Part shown: piece after piece, positions 1 through 9,480 of the stretch
How the letters are laid out: every line of letters begins with the position of its first letter
How positions within the stretch are numbered: position 1 is the first letter of the stretch
Assembly (NCBI RefSeq): GCF_002310835.1
Contig: NZ_CP011041.1
Span: forward strand, 990,001 to 1,022,000
DNA length: 32,000 nucleotides
Origin: Pseudoalteromonas tetraodonis
GTDB lineage: Bacteria; Pseudomonadota; Gammaproteobacteria; Enterobacterales; Alteromonadaceae
Direction: 5' to 3'
Made by a program: the position numbers and the translations under genes
Notes under the pieces: model-generated
The model's input: only the letters and a program-made list of their open reading frames with translations
What the model was told of the DNA's origin: nothing
Database searches by the model: none

Positions 1-650
1 GCTCTCGTATTTTAGTGTCTATGATGTTGGCTTTTTTAGTCGCCCCGCAGTTACCGCTAGCCCCTGCTATTGACTTATTTTCTTTGGATGCGGTCATTTT
101 AACGTTCGAACAAATCATTTTTGGGGTGATGATGGGGCTATCACTGCGCATCTTGTTTGAAGTGATGGCGATGATAGGGCTGATTTTATCCATGCAAATG
201 GGTTTGTCGATGGCGCTTGTTATGGACCCAGGCAGCGGTAATCAAGTTGCCCTGTTAGGGCAATTATTTTGGATTATGTGTGCCTTATTATTTTTTGCTG
301 TTGATGGCCACCTGATAACTCTACAAGTTATGGTGGAGAGTTTTCATAGTTTTCCGATTGGGCGCAGTATTTATGAGTTTGATATTCAATCGATCATTAT
401 GCTATTTGCGTGGATGTTCTCCTCTGCTTTACTGCTTTCGCTACCAGGAATAGTCGCCATGTTATTGGTTAACTTAACCTTTGGTGTGGCAAGTAGAGCA
501 GCGCCGTCATTGAATATTTTTGTATTGGGTTTTCCTATGTCGCTGTTGATGGGCTTTTTCTGTGTATTTATGACCTTAGAGTACACTGGAAGTGCGTTTT
601 CAAGGCTAACGTATTATGTGCTAACAACCTTTGCACAGGCGATGAGGTAG
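1..650 (+). CDS. fliR: Flagellar export apparatus protein FliR, 5'-truncated by the window edge
   Basis: The frame is open from base 3 to the window edge, so the listed GTG at 15 is probably internal. The product is a polytopic hydrophobic protein (SMQMGLSMALVMDP, FPIGR, GFPMSLLMGFF). It lies 4 nt upstream of flhB, the canonical fliR-flhB order. Confidence 0.85.
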   Translation, partial: SRILVSMMLAFLVAPQLPLAPAIDLFSLDAVILTFEQIIFGVMMGLSLRILFEVMAMIGLILSMQMGLSMALVMDPGSGNQVALLGQLFWIMCALLFFAVDGHLITLQVMVESFHSFPIGRSIYEFDIQSIIMLFAWMFSSALLLSLPGIVAMLLVNLTFGVASRAAPSLNIFVLGFPMSLLMGFFCVFMTLEYTGSAFSRLTYYVLTTFAQAMR

Positions 651-654
651 CGAT

Positions 655-1785
655 ATGTCTCAAAATAGCTCGCAAGAAAAAACAGAACAACCCACAGAAA
701 AACGGCTAAAAAAAGCCAAAGAAGACGGCCAAGTTGCGCGCTCAAAAGAGCTTAACACCGCTATTTTATTAATGGTTAGTATTGCTGGGCTATTGTGGTT
801 TGCCAATTTATTTTACAGCTTATTTGTTAACTTAATGAACAGTACCATGGTGCTGGATCACACAATTATAAATAACAAAAAAATGATGCCCATCGCATTG
901 AGTGACGCCATTATGAATATGCTGTCGACCCTTACGCCGTTTTTATTATTAAGCTTTTGCGCAATGTGGATCACTGGGTGTTTACCGGGTGGGTTTGTGT
1001 TTTCAAAAAAACTGGTCGCACTAAAAATGAGCAAGCTCAACCCATTAACCGGGTTAGGCAAAATGTTTGGTAAACAGTCGTTAGTTGAGCTGCTTAAATC
1101 GATATTAAAAATAACCTTACTGGCGATTTGCTTATATACCTTTTTAACCAAGCTGTGGATGCAGCTGATGATGTTACAAAACTTAGATATCAAAGTGGCG
1201 ATAGGCCAAGGTATTGAGCTGTTATTTTTATCATTAATGATCACGGTAACTTTGCTGCTTTTTATTGCGGTTATTGATGTGCCTTTTCAGCAAAAACAGA
1301 TTGCTGATAAAATAAAAATGACCCACCAAGAAGTAAAAGAAGAGCGTAAATCTTCAGACGGTAGCCCTGAGATAAAAAATAAAATTCGGCAAATACAATA
1401 TCAGCAATCAAACCGAAAAATTGAAGAGCGTGTTCCCACTGCCGATGTCATTGTCACCAATCCAACTCATTATGCTGTGGCAATAAAGTACAGTGAAGAG
1501 GCAGCTAAAGCCCCTTATGTTGTCGCCAAAGGCGTGGATGAAATGGCGCTGAGAATACGCGAAGTGGCCCGTATGAATAACAAAGAAATTATAGAAATCC
1601 CTGCATTAGCACGGGCTATTTATTTTTCGACCCGGGTCGACCAAGAAGTGCCTAACGGCTTATACAGTGCGGTTGCCTATGTACTGACCTACGTATTGCA
1701 ACTAAAAGCATACAAGCAAGGGCGTGGGCAAGCACCCGCAGCCTTACCTGAATTAACAATCCCTAAAAACTTACAGAAACCTTAG
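655..1785 (+). CDS. flhB: Flagellar type III export switch protein FlhB
   Basis: The N-terminus SQEKTEQPTEKRLKKAKEDGQVARSKEL is the canonical FlhB/YscU start. It has four TM segments. The NPTH autocleavage motif (VTNPTHYAVAI) is encoded at 1459-1470. Length is 376 aa. Confidence 0.95.
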   Translation: MSQNSSQEKTEQPTEKRLKKAKEDGQVARSKELNTAILLMVSIAGLLWFANLFYSLFVNLMNSTMVLDHTIINNKKMMPIALSDAIMNMLSTLTPFLLLSFCAMWITGCLPGGFVFSKKLVALKMSKLNPLTGLGKMFGKQSLVELLKSILKITLLAICLYTFLTKLWMQLMMLQNLDIKVAIGQGIELLFLSLMITVTLLLFIAVIDVPFQQKQIADKIKMTHQEVKEERKSSDGSPEIKNKIRQIQYQQSNRKIEERVPTADVIVTNPTHYAVAIKYSEEAAKAPYVVAKGVDEMALRIREVARMNNKEIIEIPALARAIYFSTRVDQEVPNGLYSAVAYVLTYVLQLKAYKQGRGQAPAALPELTIPKNLQKP

Positions 1786-1801
1786 ATGTTGGAGTTATAA
1801 T

Positions 1802-3877
1802 TTGAACTGGCGCAGTTTTACTCAACCTTACACCGCTATTCCTATTTTGCTGTTAGCTGTTTTGTCGATGGTTATTTTGCCATTACCAGGATGGCTATTA
1901 GATGCATTATTCACTTTTAACATTGTATTGTCGGTGATTGTATTGTTAGTGGCGGTATCTACTAAAAAGCCGCTCGATTTTTCTGTATTTCCGACTATTT
2001 TGTTAGTCGCCACCTTGATGCGTTTAACACTAAACATTGCCTCAACACGTGTGGTATTACTGCATGGCCATGAAGGCTCCGATGTGGCAGGTCGCGTTAT
2101 TCAAGCGTTTGGTGAAGTGGTTATAGGTGGTAACTACGTCGTTGGTATTGTGGTGTTTGTCATTTTAATGGTGATTAACTTTGTGGTTATTACCAAAGGT
2201 GGCGAGCGTATTTCTGAGGTGGCAGCTCGCTTTACCTTAGATGCTATGCCTGGTAAGCAAATGGCAATTGATGCGGATTTAAATGCCGGATTAATTGGAC
2301 CTGAGCAAGCAAAAGAGCGACGTAGCACCATAGCCCAAGAGGCCGATTTTTATGGCTCTATGGATGGTGCCTCAAAGTTTGTGCGCGGTGATGCCATTGC
2401 CGGTTTAATTATTTTAGTGATTAACCTACTCGGTGGTGTATCAATAGGTGCTTTTCAACATGGTTTAAGTTTAGCCGAAGCGTTTCAACGTTTTGCCCTA
2501 TTAACTATAGGTGATGGCTTAGTTGCACAAATCCCCTCGTTGCTGTTAGCCGTTGCTGCTGCAATTATTGTTACGCGAATGAACGATGAAGGTGATGTGA
2601 GTGAAGCGGTCGGTAAGCAGTTACTTGCCTCTCCGCGTGTTATTTTTACCGCCGCTTTAATCATGGTCACGCTTGGTATTGTGCCTGGGATGCCAACTGT
2701 CGCCTTTTTAGCATTTGCTGCGCCATTGTTTTATGTTGCTTGGCGATTGCAGCGCTCTCTCCCCGATAACTCTTTAATTGAAGCAGAGCAGATGACCGAC
2801 ACCATTTTAAGTGAGCAACAAGCTCACTTAGAGTGGGGAGATATTTCTCATGTTGATAAGCTGTCGGTTGAGCTTGGCTTTCGTTTGGTTTATTTAGCAG
2901 ATAAAGACAAAGGGGAAGAGCTGGTAAAAACCTTAAGAGGTGTGCGTAAAAATCTCTCTGAACAACTTGGGTTTTTATTACCGGAGATCAGAATAAAAGA
3001 TAACCTGAAACTAAATCCACAAGAATACAAAGTAAACTTAGCGGGTGTACCCGTTGCCAGTGCCAATGTGAATGCCAAAGAGTTACTGGCGTTAAATACC
3101 GGGGATGTATATGGCTCGCTAGATGGTGAAATAACCACCGACCCTGCTTATGGGCTTGAAGCTGTATGGATAAAAGATGACAGCAAAACCCAAGCGTTGA
3201 ATATGGGCTACTCAGTGGTAGATTTAGGCACCATTATTGCCACACACACTGGTAAGGTGATCAAAGAGCATTTAGATGAGCTATTCAGTTATGAGGATGT
3301 ACAAAAACTCAATGAGCGTTTAAAAGAGATTTCACCTAGCTTAGCGGAAACCTTCGAAAAAGTCTTACCCACTAACTTGCAGCTTAAAGTCATTCGTTTA
3401 TTGCTTAAAGAGCACATTAGCATTAAAGATATTGTCACCATTGCAGGCACTTTAATTGACAGTGTTGAGGTAACTAAAGATCCTATTCTACTGGTTTCAG
3501 ATGTGCGCTGTGCTTTGCAAAAAGTATTAGTAAAACAGGTAATGGGTAATCGTGATGAACTCAGTGCTTACAGCTTAGATGAAAAACTAGAAAGTACCTT
3601 ACAAAGCTCACTCGACCAAGCGATGCAAGCAGGCAAAGTTGTACTGGATAGTTTTGCGGTTGACCCTAATTTACTAGGCCAATTTCAACGCACTATGCCA
3701 CTGATTGTCGAAGATATGAAATCAAGAGGGGTAACACCTACATTAATTGTGGTGCCACAGTTACGACCCTTGCTGGCACGTTACGCCAAAACCTTTACTA
3801 AAGGCAGCTTAGTAGTTCTTTCTTATAATGAAATTCCAGATACCATTCGTGTTGATATACTCGGATCGTTGGGATAA
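1802..3877 (+). CDS. flhA: Flagellar type III export gate protein FlhA
   Basis: TTG start 7 nt after GGAG (1791-1794). Length is 691 aa. It has the FHIPEP-family conserved blocks (GGNYVVGIVVFVIL, GGERISEVAARFTLDAMPGKQMAIDADL, FYGSMDGASKFVRGDA) plus a large cytoplasmic C-domain. Confidence 0.95.
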   Translation: MNWRSFTQPYTAIPILLLAVLSMVILPLPGWLLDALFTFNIVLSVIVLLVAVSTKKPLDFSVFPTILLVATLMRLTLNIASTRVVLLHGHEGSDVAGRVIQAFGEVVIGGNYVVGIVVFVILMVINFVVITKGGERISEVAARFTLDAMPGKQMAIDADLNAGLIGPEQAKERRSTIAQEADFYGSMDGASKFVRGDAIAGLIILVINLLGGVSIGAFQHGLSLAEAFQRFALLTIGDGLVAQIPSLLLAVAAAIIVTRMNDEGDVSEAVGKQLLASPRVIFTAALIMVTLGIVPGMPTVAFLAFAAPLFYVAWRLQRSLPDNSLIEAEQMTDTILSEQQAHLEWGDISHVDKLSVELGFRLVYLADKDKGEELVKTLRGVRKNLSEQLGFLLPEIRIKDNLKLNPQEYKVNLAGVPVASANVNAKELLALNTGDVYGSLDGEITTDPAYGLEAVWIKDDSKTQALNMGYSVVDLGTIIATHTGKVIKEHLDELFSYEDVQKLNERLKEISPSLAETFEKVLPTNLQLKVIRLLLKEHISIKDIVTIAGTLIDSVEVTKDPILLVSDVRCALQKVLVKQVMGNRDELSAYSLDEKLESTLQSSLDQAMQAGKVVLDSFAVDPNLLGQFQRTMPLIVEDMKSRGVTPTLIVVPQLRPLLARYAKTFTKGSLVVLSYNEIPDTIRVDILGSLG

Positions 3878-4194
3878 TTAGTTAGATTTCATCTATCAAA
3901 TGAACTTAGCATGAATTTTGTAAGTAATATTTGCAATTAATTCTATTTAACTATAGTCTATTGTTTTTATTATACATAGTTACTAGTTTTTATGTTGGTA
4001 AAAAACAATGCATAAGTAAATTAAATGGCAAACTATGCGAAAGCATAGGACGCAAAGCTTCCAGTCTAAGGCAATCGCTACGATCGTGGGGTTACATTAA
4101 CTTAGTGATATTAATTAATACCTTGTTTGTATTTGTTGTATTTCGCTATTCATTTAAAAAACTTAATTGTTCTCTAAACTTATACGGAATACTC

Positions 4195-5067
4195 ATGAAC
4201 GGATTTCCTAACATTATTAAATTTGCACTTCCTTGTGCATTATTTTTAACGCAATCAGGGCTGGCTGCAGAACAAAATCTGGTCCAAAGTTATGAAAACT
4301 CGACTTGGACTGTTAAGGGCGATTCTTTCGCTTGTTCGCTACAACAGCGCTTTGAAAATTATGCGTTGCTTGAAGTTAAAACCGTGCCAGCACTGCAGCA
4401 ACAACTTGTGTTTACTTGGCTTTTAAAAGATAAGCCAATAACCCGCTTGCACGTTTCATCACGCAAAGCCGATTGGCAATCAGCAAATACAGTACTCACC
4501 CCACTTAACTTCACATCAACAGATATCGAAGACAATAAAGTGCAATTTTCAGCGGATGTAAGTGCTTTACTTCGTTTAATTAAGCAAGGTGGTTGGTTAG
4601 ACACTTTAGTCAGCTTTAAAGATGAGCAGTTGCGCCTAACGTTTACCAATACCCATAGCGATGAAATAGTTGCAGATTATCAACAGTGTTTAAATAACCT
4701 TTCTCCGCTTTCTTGGGAGCAAGCACGTGATCATCAGTTACAGTTTGCCAGCGGGCAGCGCACGGTAACAGCTGAAAAAGACTTAAAATTTCTAAAGGAT
4801 TTAGTGCGTTATATTTCTTTAGACAATCGCGTTAGTAAAGTACTTGTGGATGGCCACACCGATAATACAGGCTCGCCGCTATCTAATCGGCTGCTTTCAA
4901 AAGAAAGAGCGGATGACGTAGCTTCAAGACTCATTGAATTTGGTTTACCCAAAGACATTTTAGAAGTGAGAGCGCATGGTCAACGCTACCCCATTATTAA
5001 AAATTCAAAGCAGGGCGCATCGTCTAATCGCCGTGTTTTAGTTCGTCTTTTCAGACACTCAAGTTAA
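4195..5067 (+). CDS. motY: MotY-like flagellar motor protein with an OmpA/MotB-type peptidoglycan-binding domain
   Basis: The listed ORF starts at 3931, but its first 88 codons are AT-rich spacer. The ATG at 4195 (GGA 6 nt upstream) gives a signal peptide, MNGFPNIIKFALPCALFLTQSGLA. The N-domain (STWTVKGDSFACSLQQRFENYA) resembles MotY_N. The C-terminus has the OmpA-like block VLVDGHTDNTGSPLSNRLLSKERADDVASRL...NRRVLVRL. Confidence 0.7.
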   Translation: MNGFPNIIKFALPCALFLTQSGLAAEQNLVQSYENSTWTVKGDSFACSLQQRFENYALLEVKTVPALQQQLVFTWLLKDKPITRLHVSSRKADWQSANTVLTPLNFTSTDIEDNKVQFSADVSALLRLIKQGGWLDTLVSFKDEQLRLTFTNTHSDEIVADYQQCLNNLSPLSWEQARDHQLQFASGQRTVTAEKDLKFLKDLVRYISLDNRVSKVLVDGHTDNTGSPLSNRLLSKERADDVASRLIEFGLPKDILEVRAHGQRYPIIKNSKQGASSNRRVLVRLFRHSS

Positions 5068-5087
5068 TTGCATCGTAAGGGAATTAT

Positions 5088-6401
5088 ATGAGTCAAAGAT
5101 ACCTCTTATGGATCAGTGAACAACAGCCAACGCCTGAAATTCAGCAAGTTGTATTTGCCGAAAATTTTAAGTTTTTGCATACAAACTCCATCAGCGATGC
5201 GGTTAGTCACTGTCTTATTAATAAACCTGAGCTCGTGTTTGTTGATGCTGATACTCAACAACTCGAGCTGGTTGAATTAGTAAAATTACTGCGCAAAACA
5301 TGCCCAACTTCACAAATTGTGACTTTAGTGGATTCATCGCAAAGTGAAATTGCTTCAAAAACAATTAATACCGGTGGCGCTGTTGATTATCTCTTAAAAC
5401 CTTTCTTTGCTGAACAGCTTAAAAAAACAATCAGAAACACTGATTCAATGAAGCATGGGTTTGAAGATTTAATCGCTGTTTCTACTAAATCACAGCAAGT
5501 ATTACGTTTAGCCAACCGCGCTGCACATACCTCAGCAGGCGTGTTAATCACCGGCGAGTCTGGAACAGGTAAAGAGAAGCTCGCGCACTTTATTCATAAA
5601 GCTTCAGATCGCAAAGATAAGCCATTTATTGCAGTTAACTGTGCTGCTATCCCAGAAAATATGCTCGAAGCTATGTTATTTGGATTTAATAAAGGTGCGT
5701 TTACCGGCGCTGTAAATACCCAGCCAGGCAAATTTGAAATAGCCAATGGCGGTACTATTTTACTCGATGAAATTACTGAGCTACCGCTCGATTTACAAGC
5801 TAAGTTACTGCGCGTATTGCAAGAGCGCGAAGTTGAAAGACTGGGTAGTCATCAAAAAATCAATTTAGATATACGCATTATTGCCGCCTCCAACCGCGTA
5901 CTGCGTGAACAGGTTGAGCAAGGCGCTTTTCGTGAAGACTTATTTTATCGTTTAGATGTATTACCACTTAGTTGGCCTGCACTTCGGGATCGTGTTGATG
6001 ACATCATCCCATTGGCTTATCACTTTATCAAAAAATATGGCAACTCTGAGTTTCATATTAGTAAACAAGCAGAAGATGTGATGCTTTGTTACAACTGGCC
6101 AGGGAATGTGCGTGAAATTGAAAACGTAATCCAACGCGCCTTAGTGATGGCAAGAGGGGCAGAGATTCAGGTTGAAGACTTAAATTTACCGCAATGCTCA
6201 CCGGCGGCGGCAGCTTATTGTGCCACCCAGTTAAAAGAAAATAAAAAGCAGGCAGAATTTGATTACATATACAGTTTGTTGAGTCGATTTAAAGGGCATC
6301 GTACCCAAACAGCAAAGGCGCTTGGGGTAACTACCCGAGCATTAAGATACAAAATTGCCGCCATGCGTGAATGCGGTATTGATATTGATGCAATTGCATA
6401 A
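5088..6401 (+). CDS. lafK: Sigma-54-dependent flagellar transcriptional activator (LafK/FleQ/FlrA-like enhancer-binding protein)
   Basis: Receiver-like N-domain, then an AAA+ core with Walker A GESGTGKE, the GAFTGA sigma-54 contact loop (FNKGAFTGA), Walker B ILLDEI and an ESELFGH-type region. The C-terminus has a Fis-type HTH (RTQTAKALGVTTRALRYKI). SD AAGGGA precedes the ATG. The symbol is assigned by position only. Confidence 0.8.
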   Translation: MSQRYLLWISEQQPTPEIQQVVFAENFKFLHTNSISDAVSHCLINKPELVFVDADTQQLELVELVKLLRKTCPTSQIVTLVDSSQSEIASKTINTGGAVDYLLKPFFAEQLKKTIRNTDSMKHGFEDLIAVSTKSQQVLRLANRAAHTSAGVLITGESGTGKEKLAHFIHKASDRKDKPFIAVNCAAIPENMLEAMLFGFNKGAFTGAVNTQPGKFEIANGGTILLDEITELPLDLQAKLLRVLQEREVERLGSHQKINLDIRIIAASNRVLREQVEQGAFREDLFYRLDVLPLSWPALRDRVDDIIPLAYHFIKKYGNSEFHISKQAEDVMLCYNWPGNVREIENVIQRALVMARGAEIQVEDLNLPQCSPAAAAYCATQLKENKKQAEFDYIYSLLSRFKGHRTQTAKALGVTTRALRYKIAAMRECGIDIDAIA

Positions 6402-6418
6402 TTTGAAGGAAAAATAAA

Positions 6419-6742
6419 ATGTCGCCAATTGAAAGTCAACAAATGATGCTGGGCAAAATGATGGACATGCACAAAATTGCAGGTCCAGAAAGTATAGAGC
6501 CGGCTGCTATCAGTAATCAAAATGTAAATATTAGTGAAGATTTTAAGCATGTTATTCGCTCTATCAACGCCCAACAAAATATTGCCGGTGAGATGGTTAA
6601 AGCCGTTGATACCGGTGAAAGTGAAGACGTAGTAGGGGCGATGATTGCCAGTCAAAAAGCAGGGCTTAGTTTTTCTATGCTAATGGAAATGCGCAATAAA
6701 GTGCTCAATGGCATTGATGATGTCATGCGCATGTCACTGTAG
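6419..6742 (+). CDS. fliE: Flagellar hook-basal body complex protein FliE
   Basis: 107 aa, with a FliE-like C-terminus (SFSMLMEMRNKVLNGIDDVMRMSL) and SD GAAGGA. It lies directly upstream of fliF. Confidence 0.85.
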   Translation: MSPIESQQMMLGKMMDMHKIAGPESIEPAAISNQNVNISEDFKHVIRSINAQQNIAGEMVKAVDTGESEDVVGAMIASQKAGLSFSMLMEMRNKVLNGIDDVMRMSL

Positions 6743-6750
6743 AGGCTGAT

Positions 6751-8478
6751 ATGAAAGGAGAATTAGCAAAAGTACCTGAGCAAAATGAGAGTAACCTAAA
6801 AGAAAGAGTGGTTAATCTCTCAAATAAATTAAATTTTGGCAGCTCAGGTGACAGAAGTGTCGCGACCATTGCTCTACTAGCGACATTAGTAGCGGCAACC
6901 ATAGTCCTTATTTTATGGACATCGGCTAAAAACTACGTGCCGCTCTACGGTAACCAAGAAAGCTACGATAAAGCCAATATTTTAGAGATTTTAGATAAAG
7001 AGCAAATCACTTTTCGCATTGATACCGATAGCGGCAATATTTTGGTTCCTCAAGAAAAGCTGGCGGATGCACGTATTACGCTTGCGGCCAGAGGAATAAA
7101 AGCCTCTATGCCTGAGGGAATTGAAAATATTAGCGATAAAGTGTCTATGGGCACCAGTCAATTTATCGAATCTATGCAATACCAGCATGCCTTAGAAGGT
7201 GAGCTGGCGCGCACCATTATTAACATGCAAGGTATTCGTAACGCACGCGTGCATCTAGCAGTTCCCAAGCGCAGCTTATTTGTAGGGCGTACTGAACAAA
7301 AAACTGCGGCTTCGGTAATGGTGGATTTAGCCCCAGGGCATGAGCTAAAACCAGAGCAAGTGGAAGCCATTATTGCACTGATTATTGGCAGTGTGCCAGG
7401 GCTTGATTCTCGTTCTGTGTCGGTGGTGGATCAGCGCGGTAAACTACTCAGCGGCGACTTATTTGATACCACCCCAGTAGGCAAAGAAACCGATAAAAAA
7501 CTCGCCTTTATCGAAAAAGTTGAGCGCAACATAGAGCAACGTGCCTCTATTATGTTGTTGCCAATTTTAGGCGAAGGCAATTTTAGAATTCAGGTTTCAA
7601 GTGATGTTGACTTTAGCGTGGTAGAAGAAACCCGTGAAATGGTTGACCCACAAAATGTATTAACACAAGAGTTTATTAAATCTGATAGCACCCTAGATCA
7701 GCTGGCGGCGGGCATTCCGGGTTCTTTAGCTAATGAGCCACCAGTGCCTAATGAACAAGCTGAAGATGAAAACAACGAGCGTACTTCACAACGAAGTGAG
7801 AGCAAGCGACAGTTTGAAAATGGCCGCTCAGTCACTCACACCCAATTTGAAGTAGGCCGAATTAAAAACATGAGCTTATCGGTACTTATTAATGAGCAAG
7901 TAGCAGGTACTGCTGATGGCTGGAGCGAAGAAAAGCTCGCTTCATTAGGTGAAATGGTAAAAAAAGCCACGGGGTTTAACGACGCACGCGGCGATCAATT
8001 CAACATAACTAGCTTTGCCTTTGTAGAACAAAAAATACTTGCCCCAGGTGAAGGCCTTGAGTGGTGGCAAATGCCAGAGCTTAAAGAGTATGCCCGTTAT
8101 ATTGTTGGCACTTTAATTAGTTTATTGCTGATTTTATTTGGCGTGCGTCCATTAGTTAATCACTTAATTAAAGGCAAAAGTAACGACGCAAACAACGCCA
8201 TGGCAACCACAGATAATGAGGTTAAGTCAGTCTCTGCAACAGAAAGACAAAGTAGTCCGCTTGATGAAGCCATTAATGCGAAATCGCAAATAGAAAACTT
8301 AACTGCCAAAGAGGGCGCAAGCGAACATCAAAATATGTCGTTACCGCAAATAGGCAATGACTTTGAAGAACAGATAGCGCACATGCAGTTACTTGCTAAT
8401 AAAGAAACCGAGCGTGTCACATCGGTAATAAAATATTGGGTAGAACAAGGAGTTGAAATTGAATCAAGAAAAGCTTGA
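6751..8478 (+). CDS. fliF: Flagellar MS-ring protein FliF
   Basis: 575 aa. It has an N-terminal TM (VATIALLATLVAATIVLILW), the YscJ/FliF ring-building region (YQHALEGELARTI, ARVHLAVPK) and a second TM near residue 460. Its position is fliE-fliF-fliG. Confidence 0.95.
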   Translation: MKGELAKVPEQNESNLKERVVNLSNKLNFGSSGDRSVATIALLATLVAATIVLILWTSAKNYVPLYGNQESYDKANILEILDKEQITFRIDTDSGNILVPQEKLADARITLAARGIKASMPEGIENISDKVSMGTSQFIESMQYQHALEGELARTIINMQGIRNARVHLAVPKRSLFVGRTEQKTAASVMVDLAPGHELKPEQVEAIIALIIGSVPGLDSRSVSVVDQRGKLLSGDLFDTTPVGKETDKKLAFIEKVERNIEQRASIMLLPILGEGNFRIQVSSDVDFSVVEETREMVDPQNVLTQEFIKSDSTLDQLAAGIPGSLANEPPVPNEQAEDENNERTSQRSESKRQFENGRSVTHTQFEVGRIKNMSLSVLINEQVAGTADGWSEEKLASLGEMVKKATGFNDARGDQFNITSFAFVEQKILAPGEGLEWWQMPELKEYARYIVGTLISLLLILFGVRPLVNHLIKGKSNDANNAMATTDNEVKSVSATERQSSPLDEAINAKSQIENLTAKEGASEHQNMSLPQIGNDFEEQIAHMQLLANKETERVTSVIKYWVEQGVEIESRKA

Positions 8479-9478
8479 TAAAGGCTCACAATTACCGGCG
8501 TTAGATCGCGCCGCTATTTTATTGCTAAGTATGGGCGAGGAAAACGCCGCCAGTGTTATTCGTAAATTAGGCCGCCGTGAAGTGCAGGCTATTTCTGAGC
8601 GTATGGCTAAAATTTCAAACGTTACTCAACATGATGTTGCAGGCACCTTGAGTGAATTTTTTGATTGCTACCGCAATGAAAGTGGCGTCAATGGTGCATC
8701 GCGTGTGTATTTAGAGCGAGCACTCGATAAAGCCGTCGGTAGAAAGCTTGCCAAAACTATGCTTGATGATATTTATGGTGGTGCCATGAATGACGATTTA
8801 CGTCGTTTAGAGTGGATCCCGCCTGAACTTATCGTGCGCTTTTTAGAGCAAGAACACGTGCAAATGCAGGCGCTGTTTTTGGCTTTTTTACCGCCAGAGC
8901 AAGCCTCTGCCATTATTGTGCTGTTTCCAGAATCTAAACACGATGACTTACTTTATCGTATTGCGAGTCTTCGTGAAGTGAGTGAACACGTTATTGATGA
9001 TGTGCGCTTAACGCTTGAATCGTGTATTGAATTTGTTGGCCGCCAAGTTGGCGCGCAGGTCAATGGCGTCGATAAAGCAGTTGAAATTATGAATCGTTAT
9101 AACGGTAATAAGAGCCAAATTATCGAACTAATGAAAAAACATAACACTAACGTGGCTGATGAAATACAAGAAAAAATGTACGATTTTGACAGCTTAATTA
9201 AGCAAACAGACGAGACATTAACCTTGTTGCTTAATGACATTCCTGATGAGTTATGGACGATGTCATTAAAGGGTGTGAACAGTGAGTTTTTAGCGCGTGT
9301 TTTAGGTGCACTACCTAAACGTTTAGCGCAAGTGTACCAACAGCAAATAGACGGCTTAAGTGCACAACCACTGAGCAAAGTGATTGCCGCCAGAAAAGAA
9401 ATTATGTCGATAGTTAGAGACATGAGTAAACAAGGTGATATTGAATATCGCTTATTTGAAGAAGAGACTGCAGGCTAG
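8453..9478 (+). CDS. fliG: Flagellar motor switch/rotor protein FliG
   Basis: 341 aa, with FliG N, middle and C domains (ALDRAAILLLSMGEENAASV, LEWIPPELIVRFLEQEHVQ, MYDFDSLIKQTD). The start is uncertain. The TTG at 8453 abuts AAGGAG (8447-8452), while the TTG at 8459 is better spaced. Either start overlaps the fliF 3' end. Confidence 0.92.
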   Translation: MKLNQEKLDKGSQLPALDRAAILLLSMGEENAASVIRKLGRREVQAISERMAKISNVTQHDVAGTLSEFFDCYRNESGVNGASRVYLERALDKAVGRKLAKTMLDDIYGGAMNDDLRRLEWIPPELIVRFLEQEHVQMQALFLAFLPPEQASAIIVLFPESKHDDLLYRIASLREVSEHVIDDVRLTLESCIEFVGRQVGAQVNGVDKAVEIMNRYNGNKSQIIELMKKHNTNVADEIQEKMYDFDSLIKQTDETLTLLLNDIPDELWTMSLKGVNSEFLARVLGALPKRLAQVYQQQIDGLSAQPLSKVIAARKEIMSIVRDMSKQGDIEYRLFEEETAG

Positions 9479-9480
9479 CT

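Noticed and set aside
3996-4013. Sigma-54-like element TGGTA-N-TGCAT upstream of the motY-like gene
   Set aside because: The GG and GC dinucleotides are separated by 11 nt, not the invariant 10, and the -24 box is TGGTA rather than TGGCA. A second TGGCA at 4026-4030 has its GC only 8 nt away. Neither fits the strict -24/-12 spacing.
3931-4194. N-terminal 88 codons of the listed 378-aa ORF (start at 3931)
   Set aside because: The stretch is AT-rich and low-complexity (LFLLYIVTSFYV..., INLVILINTLFVFVVF) and has no SD. A proper signal peptide begins at the internal ATG at 4195, which has an SD-like GGA, so I treat this as intergenic spacer.
6263-6655. 130-aa minus-strand ORF overlapping the lafK 3' end and fliE
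   Set aside because: It is an antisense shadow of two well-supported plus-strand genes, with no SD and no recognisable motif. The same reasoning applies to the other antisense ORFs in the track (for example 858-1244, 9582-9884, 12824-13114, 16911-17285, 22987-23250, 25298-25564, 29705-29962, 30906-31142).
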